From NCBI GenBank assembly GCA_964510795.1, contig CAZEDT010000044.1:5076-34275 (forward strand): a stretch of 29,200 nt of DNA, in the 5' to 3' direction. The notes beneath the pieces were generated by a model. The model did no database searches. It was not told the origin of the DNA and saw nothing but the letters and a program-made list of their open reading frames with translations. This document shows positions 1 to 9,623 of the stretch, one piece after another. Position numbers and translations under genes: made by a program. Each line of letters starts with the position of its first letter. Position 1 is the first letter of the stretch. This DNA is from an uncultured Syntrophomonas sp. Lineage in GTDB: Bacteria > Bacillota > Syntrophomonadia > Syntrophomonadales > Syntrophomonadaceae.

Positions 1-25
1 AAAAGTACGGTTTAAGCTAGTAATT

Positions 26-51
26 AGCAGGGCATTGTTCCTGCTTTTTTC
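26..51 (+). terminator. Rho-independent terminator of an upstream (off-window) gene: stem agcagg/cctgct, 8-nt loop, then TTTTT
   Basis: Seen in sequence: inverted repeat at 26-31 and 40-45 followed by a T-run at 46-50. Confidence 0.5.
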
Positions 52-169
52 TTTAGGGACTATCAAAAAAATATACCAGTCCTTTACGCCGTTCTTTTTC
101 ACGCCATACTTCGTTATAAAAGCTTCCACCCTGCGGTACTACTGGTGTTCACTGCCGCTCACTAGTAAG

Positions 170-200
170 GCAGCAATACGTCTAGTATTGCTGCGCTTTT
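170..200 (+). terminator. Second terminator-like hairpin (gcagcaata / tattgctgc, 7-nt loop, then GCTTTT); its left arm overlaps a possible alternative pairing of 153-157 with 169-173
   Basis: Seen in sequence: 9-bp perfect stem at 170-178 and 186-194 with a short T tract at 197-200. Confidence 0.35.
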
Positions 201-275
201 ATGCCTTGTCTGACGTAAAAAACATCGGCGTATTATGCCTTGACAATCCCTTATTAACAGAAATCAGGAGATGGC

Positions 276-1193
276 ATGAAAAAAAACTTTCAATATGGCG
301 GCATGGCAGTTATTGAAGGCGTTATGATGCGCGGACCTAAGGATTCTGCCCTAGCCGTTCGTAAGCCAGATGGAAGTATTGAATTGGAGCTTGAACCTAA
401 CAGCGATGTCGGCAAGCGTTATCCCTTTCTAAAATGGCCGTTTATCCGAGGAACTTATGTCTTGATTGATTCAATGGCGGTAGGAATTCGGATGCTTAAT
501 AAGTCAGCCAATTTGTCGTTGGAAGAAGATGAAGAAGAATTGTCGGCCCGGGAGATTTTCTTCACGGGCATGCTGGCTTTTTTGCTGGCTATTCTCCTTT
601 TTGTGGCTTTACCTACCGGGATTGTTCATTTTACCAGACAATACCTGGGTGGCGTGTTTGCCCAAAATGTAGTCGAAGGAGTTATCCGGATTATATTTTT
701 TCTTCTGTATGTGTATGCTATTTCCAGGATGGATGAAATTGCTCGAGTATTCATGTTTCACGGGGCTGAACATAAGTCTATTCACACCTTGGAGGCAGGG
801 GAAGAGCTTACTATCGAAAATGCTCGTCGGCATACTACCCTGCACCCTCGTTGCGGCACCAGTTTTCTGCTGATTGTGATGGTAATTTCCATACTGGTCT
901 TTGCTATGCTGGGTGAAGGAAGCCTTTTTTATCGTGTTTGGTCCCGTATTGCGGTTTTCCCTATCGTAGCTGGACTGGGTTACGAATTTATTAAGTTTTC
1001 AGCTAAGTATTATGACCAGGTTTGGGCCAGATGGATAATTTCACCTGGTTTGTATTTACAGAAACTAACTACCAGGGAACCTGATGATGAACAATTGGAG
1101 GTAGCCCTGACGGCGCTAAAAGCCGTACTTGACAGAGAAGCAACGATACCCCATGGGACCACTGCGCAGCCAGCATCCGGGCCATTAGTTTAA
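276..1193 (+). CDS. DUF1385-family membrane protein (YqhQ-like), typically encoded next to prfA in Firmicutes
   Basis: 305 aa. N-terminus MKKNFQYGGMAVIEGVMMRGP is typical of DUF1385. Internal hydrophobic helices. RBS AGGAG sits 6 nt upstream of the ATG. Placement immediately upstream of prfA. Confidence 0.75.
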   Translation: MKKNFQYGGMAVIEGVMMRGPKDSALAVRKPDGSIELELEPNSDVGKRYPFLKWPFIRGTYVLIDSMAVGIRMLNKSANLSLEEDEEELSAREIFFTGMLAFLLAILLFVALPTGIVHFTRQYLGGVFAQNVVEGVIRIIFFLLYVYAISRMDEIARVFMFHGAEHKSIHTLEAGEELTIENARRHTTLHPRCGTSFLLIVMVISILVFAMLGEGSLFYRVWSRIAVFPIVAGLGYEFIKFSAKYYDQVWARWIISPGLYLQKLTTREPDDEQLEVALTALKAVLDREATIPHGTTAQPASGPLV

Positions 1194-1230
1194 TGGGGAA
1201 TTTTAACAACCTTTGCTAGGAGGATATTAA

Positions 1231-2298
1231 ATGCTGGATAAGCTTGCGAGCCTGGAATTAAAATATAATGAGTTAACCGACCATTTGAGCAATCCGCAAA
1301 TCATTGCTGACCAAAGCAAGTTTCAGAAATATGCCAAAGCTCACTCTGATCTTACCGAGGTAGTTGCGGTTTATAAAGAATATCGGGCGGCCTTTGAGGG
1401 CATTGAAGAAGCCCGGACTATGCTTAAAGAGGAAGGCGACGAGGAATTTAAAGAAATGCTCCTGGCGGAAATCGATGCATTACAGAAAAAGACGATCGAG
1501 CTGGAAGCTAAACTAAAAGTATTACTCTTGCCCCGTGACCCTAATGATGAAAAAAGTGTTATTATGGAAATTCGCGCTGGCACCGGGGGTGAAGAAGCCG
1601 CCCTTTTTGCTACTAACCTGTTCAGAATGTATTCCCGTTATGCGGAGGAACAGGGCTGGAAAATAGACATAATGGATTCCAATTATACCGAACTGGGTGG
1701 GATCAAAGAGCTGATTTTTGTAATTGATGGGCAGGGAGCCTTTAGTAAGTTGAAATATGAATCAGGAGTACACCGCGTGCAACGTATTCCCAGTACTGAA
1801 TCGGGAGGCCGAATTCACACTTCAGCTGCTACAGTAGCAGTTTTGCCGGAAGCCGAAGATGTAGATATAGCCATCAATGACAATGATCTGAAAATAGATG
1901 TTTATTGTGCCAGCGGACCGGGCGGACAGTGTGTTAATACTACTCAGTCAGCTGTCCGTATTACTCATCAGCCAACTGGACTGGTAGTTACCTGCCAGGA
2001 TGAAAAGTCTCAGCATAAAAATAAGGCTCAGGCCATGCGGGTTTTAAGAGCCCGATTGAAAGAGAAGCTGGAAGACGAAAAGAATCAGGAAATGGCTGGT
2101 GCCCGTAAGAGCCAGGTGGGTTCCGGAGATCGCAGTGAACGTATTCGCACTTACAATTTTCCCCAGGGAAGGGTTAGCGACCACAGAATAAATCTTACCC
2201 TGCACAAGCTGGATCAGATTCTGGATGGGCAATTAGGTGAAATTATAGATGCTTTGATGGCCAATGACCAGGCCGAGCGTTTGAAACAGGTGGACTAA
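1231..2298 (+). CDS. prfA: Peptide chain release factor 1 (RF1)
   Basis: 355 aa. GGQ motif ([11 protein letters not shown]) and the RF1-type tripeptide PST ([14 protein letters not shown]) are both present. No RF2-style frameshift site. RBS AGGAGG upstream. Confidence 0.95.
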   Translation: MLDKLASLELKYNELTDHLSNPQIIADQSKFQKYAKAHSDLTEVVAVYKEYRAAFEGIEEARTMLKEEGDEEFKEMLLAEIDALQKKTIELEAKLKVLLLPRDPNDEKSVIMEIRAGTGGEEAALFATNLFRMYSRYAEEQGWKIDIMDSNYTELGGIKELIFVIDGQGAFSKLKYESGVHRVQRIPSTESGGRIHTSAATVAVLPEAEDVDIAINDNDLKIDVYCASGPGGQCVNTTQSAVRITHQPTGLVVTCQDEKSQHKNKAQAMRVLRARLKEKLEDEKNQEMAGARKSQVGSGDRSERIRTYNFPQGRVSDHRINLTLHKLDQILDGQLGEIIDALMANDQAERLKQVD

Positions 2299-2299
2299 G

Positions 2300-3274
2300 G
2301 TGCAAAGAGTCTGGAGAATCAAAGACTTGCTGGAATGGACGACCCGGTATTTTTTAGACAGGGGTATAATGGAATCTCGCCTGGAAGCTGAGATTCTGTT
2401 AGCGCATGTTGTACAAAAAGACCGGGTTTATTTGTATGCTAATTATGAAGAGCCAATTAATACCGAAGAAAGAGAAATCTATCGGGAATACATAAAAAGA
2501 AGGATCAACGGCGAGCCCTTGGCCTATATTACCGGGCATAAAGAATTCATGTCCCTGGATTTCAAAGTAAGCCCAGACGTGCTGATACCTCGTCCTGATA
2601 CTGAAGTACTGGTAGAAACCGCTCTGGCTATAGCTAGCTCAGAAAGCGTTAAAAGGGTTATTGATGTAGGCACAGGTTCGGGAGCAATTGCAGTGAGTTT
2701 AGCTGTTTATTTGGATGAGGCAGAGGTATATGCTACTGACATATCTCCTCGAGCCTTGGGTATTGCCCGAGAAAATGCTCAGGCTAACCACGTGGAAATA
2801 AGGTTTGTGGAGGGAGATTTGTTAACCCCGTTTTTAGTTAGTGTTAGTCTCGGAGAAGAGCAACCAGGTATGGCCAAGCTGTGCGAGTACAGCCCGGACA
2901 GTCTGAGGTTATCCAACCTGGAGAATGAAAGTAAAAAGCTGCCAGAGAAAAGTCCCTCGATCTTGTTTGATATGATAACAGCTAATCTGCCTTATATCCC
3001 AGCCATCGATAGGGAGCAGTTAGATAGGCAGGTAAAGGATTTTGAACCCCATCTAGCTCTGTTTGCAGCTGGCGATGGCCTGGAATTATACCGGAGGCTA
3101 ATCCCGCAAGCCTACACCTTCCTAAGACCGGAAGGGGTTCTTTTAATGGAAATTGATTCGCGGCAGGCCCACACTGTACCAGATATAATGCCGGGATTTA
3201 CTGATATAAAGATTATCAAAGACTTGGCGGGGCGCGACCGCGTGGTACAAGCCAGGAGGGAAAACAATGATTAA
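2300..3274 (+). CDS. prmC: Release-factor glutamine N5-methyltransferase (HemK/PrmC), carrying a ~40-aa insertion
   Basis: 324 aa. SAM-binding VGTGSGAI and the catalytic NPPY variant (ITANLPYIP). GTG start 2 nt after the prfA stop. Classic prfA-prmC pairing. Confidence 0.9.
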   Translation: MQRVWRIKDLLEWTTRYFLDRGIMESRLEAEILLAHVVQKDRVYLYANYEEPINTEEREIYREYIKRRINGEPLAYITGHKEFMSLDFKVSPDVLIPRPDTEVLVETALAIASSESVKRVIDVGTGSGAIAVSLAVYLDEAEVYATDISPRALGIARENAQANHVEIRFVEGDLLTPFLVSVSLGEEQPGMAKLCEYSPDSLRLSNLENESKKLPEKSPSILFDMITANLPYIPAIDREQLDRQVKDFEPHLALFAAGDGLELYRRLIPQAYTFLRPEGVLLMEIDSRQAHTVPDIMPGFTDIKIIKDLAGRDRVVQARRENND

Positions 3275-4262
3275 AACTAATTATTTAAAGGTTGATCCCC
3301 AAAAACCTGATCCAGTAATAATCGATCAAACAGCGCAATACATTAAAAATGGGGAATTAGTAGCTTTTCCCACCGAGACGGTATATGGACTGGGGGCGGA
3401 TGCTCTGCAAGCCGCCGCCGCTGAAAAAATATTTTTGGCTAAGGGGCGACCAGCCGATCACCCGCTTCTGGTACATGTGAGCCAGGTCGAGCAGGTAGAG
3501 AGGCTTTCCACTGATATACCCCCAGCAGCCCGTAAACTAATGGAGCGCTTCTGGCCGGGACCCTTGTCTATAATTCTGCCAGCCCAGCCACTAGTACCTG
3601 AAATTGTGAGGGGGGGCAAGAGCAGCGTGGGATTTAGGATGCCGTCTCATCCAGTATCTATTGCGCTTATAAACGCTGCTGGCCCTATAGCTGCCCCCAG
3701 CGCCAACCTTTATGGACGTCCCAGTCCCACCAGTGCCAATCATGTCAGGCAGGATCTGGATGGCAGAATAGCTGCAGTGCTGGATGCAGGAGAAACCGGT
3801 ATGGGTTTGGAATCAACTATCATTGACTTTACCTCGGGAAGTGAAATCAAAATACTGCGGCGGGGCGGGATTGCCGTGGAGGAGCTTGAAGGGGTGTTAG
3901 GACAGGAATTACATATTATTAGCCCCGCTGGTGATAACGTAGCTTATGATATCAAGGTCAGAGTTATACTCAGCCAGGATGATGCTGATTTATATAAGCA
4001 AATGCAGAAATGTATGGAGAATTCAGAAGCGGTAGGCCTGGTTCGTATAGAAGGAGCGAAGAAACGCTATACAGGCATCTTTGCCCAGGAGTATATTTTA
4101 AACCTTAGTGGCCAGGGAACATCATGGTTTTCCATTCTGCGTGATGCGGAAGCAAGAAGTTTGGATAGCCTGATTATTGAGCCTATAGATAAGGGAGCGA
4201 GCGGAATTACAGCTTCTATTTTAGATCGCCTGACCAGGGCGGCAGCTCAAACATCCCCGTAA
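3267..4262 (+). CDS. tsaC: L-threonylcarbamoyladenylate synthase (Sua5/YrdC/TsaC family, long Sua5-type form; YwlC-like)
   Basis: 331 aa. YrdC-domain motifs (FPTETVYGLGADA, KGRPADHPLLVHV) plus a C-terminal Sua5 extension. Overlaps the prmC stop by 8 nt. RBS GGAGGG. Confidence 0.85.
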   Translation: MIKTNYLKVDPQKPDPVIIDQTAQYIKNGELVAFPTETVYGLGADALQAAAAEKIFLAKGRPADHPLLVHVSQVEQVERLSTDIPPAARKLMERFWPGPLSIILPAQPLVPEIVRGGKSSVGFRMPSHPVSIALINAAGPIAAPSANLYGRPSPTSANHVRQDLDGRIAAVLDAGETGMGLESTIIDFTSGSEIKILRRGGIAVEELEGVLGQELHIISPAGDNVAYDIKVRVILSQDDADLYKQMQKCMENSEAVGLVRIEGAKKRYTGIFAQEYILNLSGQGTSWFSILRDAEARSLDSLIIEPIDKGASGITASILDRLTRAAAQTSP

Positions 4263-4277
4263 GGAGTTTGAAACTAC

Positions 4278-4862
4278 ATGCATGAAAAATATCTAACTGT
4301 AGTGTTGGTAGCTATAGTGCTGGGAGCAGATGCTTTCTCCCTTTCTATGGGTATGGGCATACAGGGAGTGTCGAGTCGCTTTGAAAGACGATTTGCCGCC
4401 TTGGTAGCGGTTTTTCATGTATTGATGCCCCTATTGGGATTAAGTTTGGGAATGGTGGCAGGAAATTTCCTGGGAATATGGGCCGGGCGTGTAGGCGCAG
4501 TGATCATGGCTTATATCGGCCTGACTATGTTCTGGAAAGCTTATCAGGAGACCAAGCCCCAGTCCCTAACATTTTCAGAGGCCCAGGAATTGTTTAAAAC
4601 AGTCCCAACGATAAACGATTCATGGGTCATCCTATTGCTGTTAACTGTCTCAGTGAGTATTGATGCGCTTACCGTAGGGTTCGGCTTGGGTATCATTAAA
4701 GCACCTATTCTGCTTACCGTTCTGATTATGGGACTGATAGCGGGTAGCATGACCATGCTGGGATTTAAAGGCGGGAAGCTGTTCAGCCGTATGATAGGCA
4801 GTTATTCTCAGGCTTTTGGGGGACTGGTCCTCTTAGCCCTGGCGATAAAAGTTGCTTTTTAG
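4278..4862 (+). CDS. mntP: Manganese efflux pump MntP (DUF204, YwlD-like)
   Basis: 194 aa, six predicted TM helices. N-terminus LGADAFSLSMGMG and the second-half repeat SIDALTVGFGLG are typical of MntP. RBS AAGGAG. Confidence 0.8.
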   Translation: MHEKYLTVVLVAIVLGADAFSLSMGMGIQGVSSRFERRFAALVAVFHVLMPLLGLSLGMVAGNFLGIWAGRVGAVIMAYIGLTMFWKAYQETKPQSLTFSEAQELFKTVPTINDSWVILLLLTVSVSIDALTVGFGLGIIKAPILLTVLIMGLIAGSMTMLGFKGGKLFSRMIGSYSQAFGGLVLLALAIKVAF

Positions 4863-5010
4863 TATAATGTCAACTCTGTATTACTCATCGAAGCGATTTT
4901 TTTATGACAAGAAATGTATAATTGATGACAATGTAGGTATACAAAAATTTAACCGATGGGAACCCTGAAGAATTAGGGAGGACATTGACTAGGCTCTGAG
5001 GAGGGTTTAC

Positions 5011-5472
5011 ATGAAGCATATCCTTATTGTATGCAGCGGGAATACTTGCCGTAGTCCCATGGCCGAGGCCCTGTTTAAACAGGGGCTTCAAAAAAAGTAT
5101 ATTGATAAGCCGCAAATACCGTTTGAAATACGATCAGCGGGTGTTATAGCCGGGGCAGGTTTAACTGCTACTCCTGAAGCCATTCAGGTTATGGCAGAAT
5201 ACGACGTCGATCTTACTCTGCATCGATCTCAGGCGCTAAGTCAAAAGCATTTAGACTGGGCTGATCTGGTTCTAACCATGACTGATAGTCACCGTAAGCA
5301 TATTTTGAGCCAGTATGCCATTCGTCCTAATAAGGTCTATACATTGGCAGAATTTGCTGGAGCAGAAAAGGTTGATGTGGTAGACCCCTTTGGATTTGGG
5401 ATTGAGGCCTATCGAAAAAGTGCTGACCAGATGAAGCTGTTAATCAAGCATATACTTGAGAGAATTTTATGA
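5011..5472 (+). CDS. ywlE: Low-molecular-weight protein tyrosine/arginine phosphatase (YwlE-like)
   Basis: 153 aa. P-loop CX5R(S/T) motif CSGNTCRSPMAEA at residues 8-20, with the catalytic Asp region (DPFG) further on. RBS GAGGAGGG. Confidence 0.85.
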   Translation: MKHILIVCSGNTCRSPMAEALFKQGLQKKYIDKPQIPFEIRSAGVIAGAGLTATPEAIQVMAEYDVDLTLHRSQALSQKHLDWADLVLTMTDSHRKHILSQYAIRPNKVYTLAEFAGAEKVDVVDPFGFGIEAYRKSADQMKLLIKHILERIL

Positions 5473-5517
5473 TATATTATTTTATAGTAAAAAATGATAA
5501 CAGATTATTAAGCGGGA

Positions 5518-5982
5518 GTGAGACGATTGGATATAGCTATAGGTTGTGATCATGCAGGAGTAGAGGTTAAGCTGGAAATCACTGCCATGCTGCAAGAGGT
5601 GGGCTGGAATACCATTAATTGTGGAACCGACATTCTGGAGTCGGTAGATTATCCGGATATAGCCGAACGAGTAGCTCAGCAAGTACTGGAAAAAAACATA
5701 TTAGGGATATTAATATGTGGAACCGGCATAGGGATTTCTATTGCTGCCAATAAGATACCGGGGATTCGAGCTGCGGTGTGTACAGATGCCTTTACAGCTG
5801 AGATGTCTCGTCGCCATAATGATGCCAATATCGTAGCGGTAGGAGCCAGAGTATCGAACCTAGATAGTATTAAAAAAATTATAGAAGTTTTTGTTCAAAC
5901 TGATTTTGAGGGAGGCAGACATCAAGTCAGAGTTGAAAAGATAAAAGCTTTAGAAAACAAGTATGGAGAGAGGTGCTGTTAG
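5518..5982 (+). CDS. rpiB: Ribose-5-phosphate isomerase B (RpiB/LacA/LacB family)
   Basis: 154 aa. [13 protein letters not shown] and [14 protein letters not shown] are RpiB signature segments. GTG start. Confidence 0.9.
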   Translation: MRRLDIAIGCDHAGVEVKLEITAMLQEVGWNTINCGTDILESVDYPDIAERVAQQVLEKNILGILICGTGIGISIAANKIPGIRAAVCTDAFTAEMSRRHNDANIVAVGARVSNLDSIKKIIEVFVQTDFEGGRHQVRVEKIKALENKYGERCC

Positions 5983-7232
5983 TGGATTATATCAATCAAT
6001 ACGTGATGCCAATTGACCAGGAAGTAGCTGAGGCCATAGCCAGTGAGGAAAGAAGGCAGAACCGTAAACTGGAATTAATAGCCTCAGAAAACTTTGTTTC
6101 CCGGGCGGTAATGGCTGCTCAGGGTTCAGTATTAACCAATAAGTACGCAGAAGGTTACCCTGGTAAAAGATATTATGGGGGCTGCGAGTATGTGGATATA
6201 GTCGAGGACCTGGCCCGGGAAAGACTTAAAAAAATATTTGGTGCTGATCATGCTAATGTTCAAGCGCACTCTGGTTCTCAGGCAAATACCGCAGTTTATA
6301 TTGCTGCGCTGAACCCGGGGGACAAGGTTTTAGGGATGAATCTTAGTCATGGAGGACATCTCACCCATGGCAGCAAAGTGAATATCTCTGGTAAGTTATA
6401 TCATTTCTTTGATTATGGTGTTGATCCTGAGACTGAAATGATTAATTATGATGAGGTTCTTAGGATAGCCTTGGAAGCCCAACCGAAGATGATCGTGGCC
6501 GGGGCCAGTGCCTATCCGCGCACTATTGATTTTCAGAAATTCAGAGCCATAGCTGATGAAGTAGGTGCATTACTATTTGTGGATATGGCTCATATTGCTG
6601 GCTTAGTTGCTGCTGGTATTCATCCCAGTCCCGTTCCTTATGCTGATTTCGTAACTTCCACCACCCATAAAACTCTGCGGGGGCCTCGGGGAGGAATTAT
6701 CTTATGTAAAGAGGAATGGGCGAAAAAAATTGATAGTGCGATCTTCCCGGGAATACAGGGTGGGCCATTAATGCACGTTATTGCTGCCAAGGCAGTATGC
6801 TTTAAAGAAGCACTTTTGCCTGAGTTTAAAGAATATCAGCAGAATATTGTTGATAACGCCAGCATTCTAGCTAAAAAATTGATGGAATATGGATTGCGTC
6901 TGGTTTCGGGTGGAACTGATAACCACCTCATGCTGGTAGATGTAAGACCCAAGAACCTTACCGGTAAGGATGCGGAAGCCATACTGGAATCTATTAATAT
7001 TACCGTAAATAAAAATGGCATACCTTTTGATCCTGAGAAACCAACCATTACCAGTGGAATAAGAATCGGTACTCCAGCTTTGACCAGTCGAGGGATGAAC
7101 GTTTCCGACATGGAAAAAGTGGCTCAGGCTATCGCCCTGGCTTTGGATAACCCGAATGTCGAAGATAAGCTGGCAGAAGCGCGGCTGATTGTTCAGCAAC
7201 TGTGTGATAAATACCCCCTCTATGGCATATAA
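5973..7232 (+). CDS. glyA: Serine hydroxymethyltransferase. The true start is probably GTG 5982 or ATG 6006.
   Basis: PLP-lysine motif [52 protein letters not shown] is near-identical to known SHMTs. GGAGAGAGG at 5964-5972 is spaced correctly for the GTG at 5982. Confidence 0.95.
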   Translation: MLLVDYINQYVMPIDQEVAEAIASEERRQNRKLELIASENFVSRAVMAAQGSVLTNKYAEGYPGKRYYGGCEYVDIVEDLARERLKKIFGADHANVQAHSGSQANTAVYIAALNPGDKVLGMNLSHGGHLTHGSKVNISGKLYHFFDYGVDPETEMINYDEVLRIALEAQPKMIVAGASAYPRTIDFQKFRAIADEVGALLFVDMAHIAGLVAAGIHPSPVPYADFVTSTTHKTLRGPRGGIILCKEEWAKKIDSAIFPGIQGGPLMHVIAAKAVCFKEALLPEFKEYQQNIVDNASILAKKLMEYGLRLVSGGTDNHLMLVDVRPKNLTGKDAEAILESINITVNKNGIPFDPEKPTITSGIRIGTPALTSRGMNVSDMEKVAQAIALALDNPNVEDKLAEARLIVQQLCDKYPLYGI

Positions 7233-7256
7233 GGTATATAATGTTAGGAGGAAAGC

Positions 7257-7721
7257 ATGTTGGATAAACAGCGTCCGGGATGGGATGAATATTTCTTGGA
7301 ACTTGCTGACCTGGTTGCCAGCCGTTCCACCTGCTTGCGAAGGCAAGTGGGTGCGGTACTGGTAAAAAATGAGCGCATTATATCTACCGGTTATAATGGA
7401 GCCCCACGAGGGCTGGGACACTGTTTGGAAATTGGATGCATGCGGGAGGAAATGCAGATTCCTTCCGGACATCGCTACGAGCTATGCCGGGGGGTTCATG
7501 CTGAACAAAATGCTATTATAAATGCGGCTATTTATGGAGTATCTACTGAAGGTACGGTTCTATATTGTACTATTCAACCTTGCATAATATGTGCACGCAT
7601 GATTATTAACGCTGGAATCATAAAGGTAGTTCACCGCGGTAATTTTGATGACCAACTGGCAGCTCGCTTTCTTGAGGAGGCCGGCATTGAGATAACAGAG
7701 ATACCCGTCACTGCAAAGTAA
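7257..7721 (+). CDS. comEB: dCMP deaminase (ComEB / cytidine-deoxycytidylate deaminase fold)
   Basis: 154 aa. Zinc ligands HAEQNAI and PCIICARMIINAGI (the H-A-E ... P-C-x-x-C motif). RBS AGGAGG. Confidence 0.8.
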   Translation: MLDKQRPGWDEYFLELADLVASRSTCLRRQVGAVLVKNERIISTGYNGAPRGLGHCLEIGCMREEMQIPSGHRYELCRGVHAEQNAIINAAIYGVSTEGTVLYCTIQPCIICARMIINAGIIKVVHRGNFDDQLAARFLEEAGIEITEIPVTAK

Positions 7722-7820
7722 TTGGGTTCCAAGCCACCCTAATACCTTAGGTGTCTTATTGTCGCTGCTCGTTGGTTGCGGGGCGGCTTGCTCTAATAAT
7801 ATGAAAAGGGAGTTCTTAAG

Positions 7821-8132
7821 ATGGATACGAAAACCTTATCCTTACCTAGACTAAATCAACTCAACCCTACGTTGGAGTCAACCGCTCTAAAACTTATGGA
7901 GGAAGCGGGGGAACTGGCTCAATGCATTGGTAAATTTCGCGGCTTGAGTGGTGAGACAGTCCATATGGATGAAGCCCAATTAGTATCCGAGATAGCTGAA
8001 GAATTGCTCGATGTTGCCCAGACAGCGGTAACGATGATGTTTGTTATGGAAGAAAACTACGGTGTCAGCATTGATGAATTGTTACAAATTCACTGGGATA
8101 AGCTATTAAGAAAAGGCTATCTGTCCAGATAG
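7821..8132 (+). CDS. Small MazG-like nucleoside-triphosphate pyrophosphohydrolase domain protein
   Basis: 103 aa, all alpha-helical. The EExGE-type motif (LMEEAGELAQ) and a second acidic helix (VSEIAEELLDVAQTA) are typical of single-domain MazG/dCTPase-like proteins. Confidence 0.55.
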   Translation: MDTKTLSLPRLNQLNPTLESTALKLMEEAGELAQCIGKFRGLSGETVHMDEAQLVSEIAEELLDVAQTAVTMMFVMEENYGVSIDELLQIHWDKLLRKGYLSR

Positions 8133-8139
8133 CCTTGGG

Positions 8140-8499
8140 TTATTTACAGAAATTTCAAACATACTAATGGGCAAAAATTGTGAGTATATAGAGGATATTT
8201 CGTTTTTATAGCGAATAATATACTACTATTGGCAATGCAATTAGGCAGGCCAAGCATTAGAGCACTACTATTCGTCGCAGCTTACATTACAACATCATCC
8301 TTGAACTCCTCATTAATGCTTGCTATTAAAAATGAAACAACTAAATAATTCATATTTGCCCATACTTTACATGTACACGCTCGCTTTCGGGTATAGACAA
8401 TTGTAAAAATAAGAAAAAAAATTATACCTTAAAGAGGATTTTGCCACAAAGCGTAGAATATATTTTATGGTGTAATTTTGAGAAAATAGGGCAAGGTGG
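8140..8499 (+). promoter_or_regulatory. AT-rich ~360-bp non-coding leader upstream of the atp operon. Candidate extended -10 TGgTGTAAT at 8468-8476; possible -35 TTGCCA at 8441-8446.
   Basis: No credible ORF. Very AT-rich. Immediately precedes the first atp gene. The promoter elements are picked by eye and are weak calls. Confidence 0.3.
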
Positions 8500-8505
8500 T
8501 TGCGA

Positions 8506-8757
8506 ATGGCAAATAACAAGCAGAACTGGCCACGAGCACTGGCCAACGCGATGAATTTAGCCACCTCAGTAGCTGCCGCAATAGCTATTGGATATTTTGG
8601 TGGGGGATGGCTAGATAGTAGATTCGACACCGAACCTTGGTTGTCAATTGCTGGACTCATTTTTGGAATGGTGACGGCCGGCAAAATGATGTGGGAAAGA
8701 CTGATGGCTGATAACCAGAAAACCTCTCCTTACAAAAAGGAAGAGAGAGATAATTAG
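8506..8757 (+). CDS. atpZ: AtpZ-like small membrane protein (atp operon 'gene 1' family). The ORF track opens at TTG 8500; ATG 8506 fits the RBS better.
   Basis: 83 aa, two TM helices (LATSVAAAIAIGYFGGGWLD ... SIAGLIFGMVTAG). First gene of the atp operon. AAGGTGG 6 nt upstream of the ATG. Confidence 0.55.
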   Translation: MANNKQNWPRALANAMNLATSVAAAIAIGYFGGGWLDSRFDTEPWLSIAGLIFGMVTAGKMMWERLMADNQKTSPYKKEERDN

Positions 8758-8879
8758 ATATCTGGGGTTGGCAGACAGAATTTTCTTTTTGCAGAGGTTT
8801 GAAGTTTTGGGTATGGTCTCAACGTAACGGCCAACAAAACCACAAATAAAAAATTCATAATAGGAAGGGGGGAGAAGAG

Positions 8880-9563
8880 ATGATATTTGGTATGTGGGAT
8901 GGTGTCTATTTTAATTTGGGTCCAATTCCGGTAGATCATTTGATTGTAACCCAGTGGGTAATCGTGGCTTTAATTGGCTTAATCGCATTTTGTGCTACTC
9001 GTAATATGCAGTTATGCCCAAAAGGGCTGCAGAATGGCTTCGAAATGATTGTCGTTTGGACATATGATTTCTTTACGCAACTTATTGAAAAGGAACATGT
9101 TGCAAAGAAGTATGCTCCCCTGCTGTCTACGTTCTTTCTATTCATTCTATTCAGCAACTATAGTGGTCTGATACCAGGTGCTGCACACATTCAAGGCTTT
9201 CAGCCTCCTACCAGTAACTGGAATGTTACCGTTACTCTAGCATTAATTACTGTGTTAGCTGTACAAAGTGCGGGTTTTGCAGAACATGGGTTCCATTACC
9301 TGGGACACTTTATCAGCCCCAGTCCGCTGATGTTACCCTTGAATCTACTTGAGGAGATCACTCACCCGCTGTCCCTTACCGTTCGTCTATTTGGTAATAT
9401 ATTTGGTGAGGAAATGATCATAGCTTACATGTTATTCCTGGTTCCATTCTTAATTCCATCAGCCTTGATGTGCCTGAGTGTACTTCTGGGTGCCATCCAG
9501 GCTATAGTGTTCACCATTTTGTCGGCTAGTTACATAGCCACAGCTACCGGAGAGGGTCATTAA
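8880..9563 (+). CDS. atpB: F1Fo ATP synthase subunit a
   Basis: 227 aa, polytopic. Contains the conserved essential-Arg region LSLTVRLFGNIFGEEM. RBS GGAAGGGGGG. Confidence 0.9.
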   Translation: MIFGMWDGVYFNLGPIPVDHLIVTQWVIVALIGLIAFCATRNMQLCPKGLQNGFEMIVVWTYDFFTQLIEKEHVAKKYAPLLSTFFLFILFSNYSGLIPGAAHIQGFQPPTSNWNVTVTLALITVLAVQSAGFAEHGFHYLGHFISPSPLMLPLNLLEEITHPLSLTVRLFGNIFGEEMIIAYMLFLVPFLIPSALMCLSVLLGAIQAIVFTILSASYIATATGEGH

Positions 9564-9623
9564 AAATTCATTATAATTTTAGACAATGTATAAAAACATT
9601 GGCATATGAAAGGAGGGGAAAAT

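Noticed and set aside
35-316. 93-aa + strand ORF at the window start
   Set aside because: Runs through two terminator-like hairpins and the RBS and start of the DUF1385 gene. Composition is unlike the neighbouring genes. Likely non-coding leader.
1231-2298. Programmed +1 frameshift site, as in prfB
   Set aside because: The gene is RF1 (PST tripeptide, uninterrupted 355-aa ORF), not RF2. No in-frame stop near codon 25.
4262-4278. yybP-ykoY (Mn2+) riboswitch upstream of mntP
   Set aside because: Only 16 bp separate the tsaC stop from the mntP start, so there is no room for a riboswitch. mntP here is apparently co-transcribed with tsaC.
6867-7472. 201-aa minus-strand ORF overlapping the glyA 3' end and the dCMP deaminase gene
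   Set aside because: Antisense to two strongly motif-supported genes. No RBS, no recognisable domains.
8367-8684. 105-aa minus-strand ORF spanning the atp leader and the start of atpZ
   Set aside because: Low-complexity, AT-rich-derived translation, antisense to the operon start, no RBS.
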